64,000 bases of DNA, taken from contig CANRIT010000003.1 in NCBI GenBank assembly GCA_947630745.1, forward strand, positions 55,503 to 119,502, given 5' to 3'. Source of the DNA: an uncultured Clostridia bacterium (GTDB taxonomy: Bacteria > Bacillota > Clostridia > Christensenellales > UBA1242). Positions 61,912 through 64,000 of this stretch are shown here, in pieces. The notes under the pieces were generated by a model. The model had not been told where the DNA came from. It ran no database searches and worked only from the letters and a program-made list of their open reading frames with translations. Positions within the stretch are counted from its first letter, which is position 1, and every line of letters begins with the position of its first letter. The position numbers and the translations under genes are program-made.

Positions 61912-62820
61912 ATGAAGTTTATTGAAATAAACAAAAAATTGAAAGAGAAGATAGAAAATGTTTACAACCTTGTTGGCGAGGATGATTTTTTAATTAAAAA
62001 TGCCATTTTAAACATCAAGGCAGCCACCATAACTCAGTTTGAAGAATTTAATTACCAAGTTTTGCAAAACGATTGTTCAAAACAGAGTTTTTTGGCGGCT
62101 TTGTCCACCTTGCCAATGGCAAATGATTATAGGCTGGTGGTGATATATAATCCAACCGCTGAGCAAGTTAAATTGATTGGCGATTTTGAATTTGATTCGT
62201 CCGTGGTGCTTGTAACTGTAAATGCGGACAAGCTTAAAATTGGCGAAGTTGTGGATTGTTCAAAACTGGATAGAATCGACATCAACCGCTATGTGCTAAA
62301 CTATCTAAAAAAGGTGAATTTAAGCATAGAAGAGCAAGCGTTGGACTATTTAATTGATGCGTGTTCGTCAAACATGAGCAGAATTTCAAACGAACTTAAC
62401 AAAATTGTCAGCTACTGCGCGGACGAGCAGATTATTAAGTTAAATGATGTGGTAAACCTTGTTTCAAGCGCAAGCGAGTATGTTATCTATATGCTGACCA
62501 GCGCGATAGATGAAAAAAACTATCAAAAATTTCAGCAGATTGTAAACGAGATGGGCAAAACCAACACGGCAAACGAAATATTTTCCTACCTTGGGCGGTA
62601 TTTTAGGCGAATGCAGTATGTGTCAATCAACAAAAACGATGATGAAGTGGCAAAATATTTGGCAATAAAACCATACGCGGTTAAGATGTCGCGCAAGGAA
62701 GTTAATAAAAACGGAATTAAGTACTACATAAACTTGTACCAAAAATATATTGACTTGGACTATAAAATTAAGTCGGGCAAAATATCGGCGATAAATGCGC
62801 TGTATAGTTTGGTTTTTTAG
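61912..62820 (+). CDS. holA: DNA polymerase III delta subunit
   Basis: 302 aa. Position directly after comEC as in Bacillota (comEC-holA). Delta-like N-terminal domain pattern, though sequence conservation is weak. Confidence 0.7.
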   Translation: MKFIEINKKLKEKIENVYNLVGEDDFLIKNAILNIKAATITQFEEFNYQVLQNDCSKQSFLAALSTLPMANDYRLVVIYNPTAEQVKLIGDFEFDSSVVLVTVNADKLKIGEVVDCSKLDRIDINRYVLNYLKKVNLSIEEQALDYLIDACSSNMSRISNELNKIVSYCADEQIIKLNDVVNLVSSASEYVIYMLTSAIDEKNYQKFQQIVNEMGKTNTANEIFSYLGRYFRRMQYVSINKNDDEVAKYLAIKPYAVKMSRKEVNKNGIKYYINLYQKYIDLDYKIKSGKISAINALYSLVF

Positions 62821-62828
62821 GTTGAATT

Positions 62829-63482
62829 ATGTTTTATCCAAGTGAAATTATCCGATGCAAGCGAAGGACAATAAGCCTAATTATCAATTCGGCCGGCGAA
62901 CTTATTGTGCGCGCACCGTTGCGGGCAAGCGATAGGGCGATTTTTAATTTTGTTAACGAAAAGCAGGCGTGGATTGAAAAAAATGTCAACAAAATAATAT
63001 CAAAACACATCGTTCCGCTAAAAGTGGTGGACGACGAGGTGTTTTATATTTTGGACACGCTTGTCACCATAAAATTGTCAACAAGCGGCAGCGTAAAATT
63101 GGTTGGCGACAAAATTTTTGTGCCAGCAAACAATGCAAAACAAAAACTCATTGCCTTTTTAAAGCGTTTTGCAAAACAATATCTAACGGGTAGGGTAAAT
63201 GAAATTGCAGCCAAGTGCGGGTTTAAATTTAATGGGATAAAAATTTCGTCCGCGCACACAAATTGGGGTTCGTGTTCAAGCAAAAACCACCTTAATTTTA
63301 CCTACAAACTTATGCTTTGCCCGTCCGATGTGGTGGACTATATTATTATCCACGAACTAAGCCACACCATAGTTAAAAACCACAGCAGCAAATTTTACAG
63401 CCTTGTTAGCCAGTACGACCCAAACTATAAACTGCACAAAAAATGGCTTAAAGACAACAGCGCAATAATAGATTTAATCTAA
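62829..63482 (+). CDS. YgjP/DUF45-type zinc metallohydrolase (M48-like)
   Basis: C-terminal WGSCS...HLNFTYKL...IIHELSHTIVKNHSSKFY with an HExxH motif. 217 aa. Confidence 0.8.
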   Translation: MFYPSEIIRCKRRTISLIINSAGELIVRAPLRASDRAIFNFVNEKQAWIEKNVNKIISKHIVPLKVVDDEVFYILDTLVTIKLSTSGSVKLVGDKIFVPANNAKQKLIAFLKRFAKQYLTGRVNEIAAKCGFKFNGIKISSAHTNWGSCSSKNHLNFTYKLMLCPSDVVDYIIIHELSHTIVKNHSSKFYSLVSQYDPNYKLHKKWLKDNSAIIDLI

Positions 63483-63498
63483 AATTTACCATTTTTGT

Positions 63499-63527
63499 TT
63501 GACAATTTGGTTTATAATACTTACAAT
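63499..63527 (+). promoter_or_regulatory. Sigma-A promoter (TTGACA-17-TACAAT) placed 6 nt before a GTG
   Basis: TTGACA at 63499-504, TACAAT at 63522-27, GTG at 63534. Confidence 0.55.
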
Positions 63528-63533
63528 ATTAGT

Positions 63534-64000
63534 GTGAAAAATTCTAGCACACAAAACAAACAATATCAAAAACCAAGCCTTAAAATGTATTTAAAAAAAT
63601 TTAAAGGCCCAATTTTTGCGTACATTTTGGTGTCTATTATTTACACAATCATTGGCGTTTTTAACACCATACTTGCCGCAGAAGGCATTGTTAAAATTAC
63701 CGAACACTTGTATGTGCAAGCGGTTTACACCTTTGTTTTGCTTATCGTTTTGTCGCTGATTGAACGGCTTATGTGGTGGTTAACTCACTTTATTTACAAC
63801 AAATACGCAAACAAAATGATGGCAAGTTTAAATATCGACCTAGCAAAACAAGCTTTTAAGTTAACCAGTTCAACATACGAATCGCATGATACTGGCACAT
63901 TCGTTCAAAGGATAGTTAACGACCCGCAACAGGTGGTGGATAATCTTGCCACAATAATTGATGAAATTGCCGAGGTGCTTTCTGTTTTAATTATTGCGCT
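63534..64000 (+). CDS. ABC exporter transmembrane domain, 3' end cut by window edge
   Basis: Frame open to the window end. Helices IFAYILVSIIYTIIGVF and VYTFVLLIVLSLIERL, then HDTGTFVQRIVNDPQQV typical of the ABC exporter intracellular loop. The start is uncertain (GTG 63534 or ATG 63585). Confidence 0.7.
   Translation, partial: MKNSSTQNKQYQKPSLKMYLKKFKGPIFAYILVSIIYTIIGVFNTILAAEGIVKITEHLYVQAVYTFVLLIVLSLIERLMWWLTHFIYNKYANKMMASLNIDLAKQAFKLTSSTYESHDTGTFVQRIVNDPQQVVDNLATIIDEIAEVLSVLIIA

Overview
The window is a chromosomal segment of an AT-rich, endospore-forming Bacillota (Clostridia-like) organism that uses the standard genetic code. All calls come from manual reading of the sequence and ORF track, without any database search. 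Hairpin, promoter and tRNA coordinates were counted by hand and may be off by 1-2 nt.

Most of the window is conserved housekeeping and sporulation backbone, largely on the + strand:
- def-fmt-rlmN-rpe-rsmE-mtaB, HIT, rpsU, pcrA, ligA, and an S-box riboswitch with metK.
- spoIIGA-sigE divergent from sigG.
- plsY, tatD, secD/secF, recJ, an M50 protease, scpA/scpB, ytfI/ytfJ, dacB, rluB, plsC, and an S1-domain protein.
- spoIIAA-spoIIAB-sigF, spoVAC/AD/AE, yunB, cysteine desulfurase with thiI, rny, comEC-holA, and a partial ABC exporter at the 3' edge.

Eleven tRNA genes lie in four loci. No CRISPR array, intact transposase, integrase or prophage is visible.

Between the backbone operons sit small, visibly more AT-rich orphan genes, each with its own consensus promoter and terminator. 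The observations most worth follow-up are:
1. A unique GC-rich element of about 97 nt that folds into a perfect four-way junction upstream of secD.
2. A C12 homopolymer inside the promoter spacer of an orphan two-gene cassette, a candidate phase-variable switch.
3. Partial copies of tRNA 3' ends downstream of three different tRNA genes (Ile, Thr, Phe), one bordering a cluster of RCAATTAAA repeats.
4. A leader of about 200 nt, built from two repeated hairpin modules, upstream of tRNA-Glu.
5. Three tandem repeats of about 111-117 bp upstream of the tRNA-Ala/Ile locus.
6. A recurrent layout in which a (TGn)TAnAAT -10 box sits 6-7 nt before the start codon, implying many leaderless mRNAs.
7. A dispersed AACTTTTC...GAAAAGT hairpin repeat family.
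8. A cardiolipin-synthase homolog with both HKD motifs mutated, and an ABC protein with a degenerate ATPase site.
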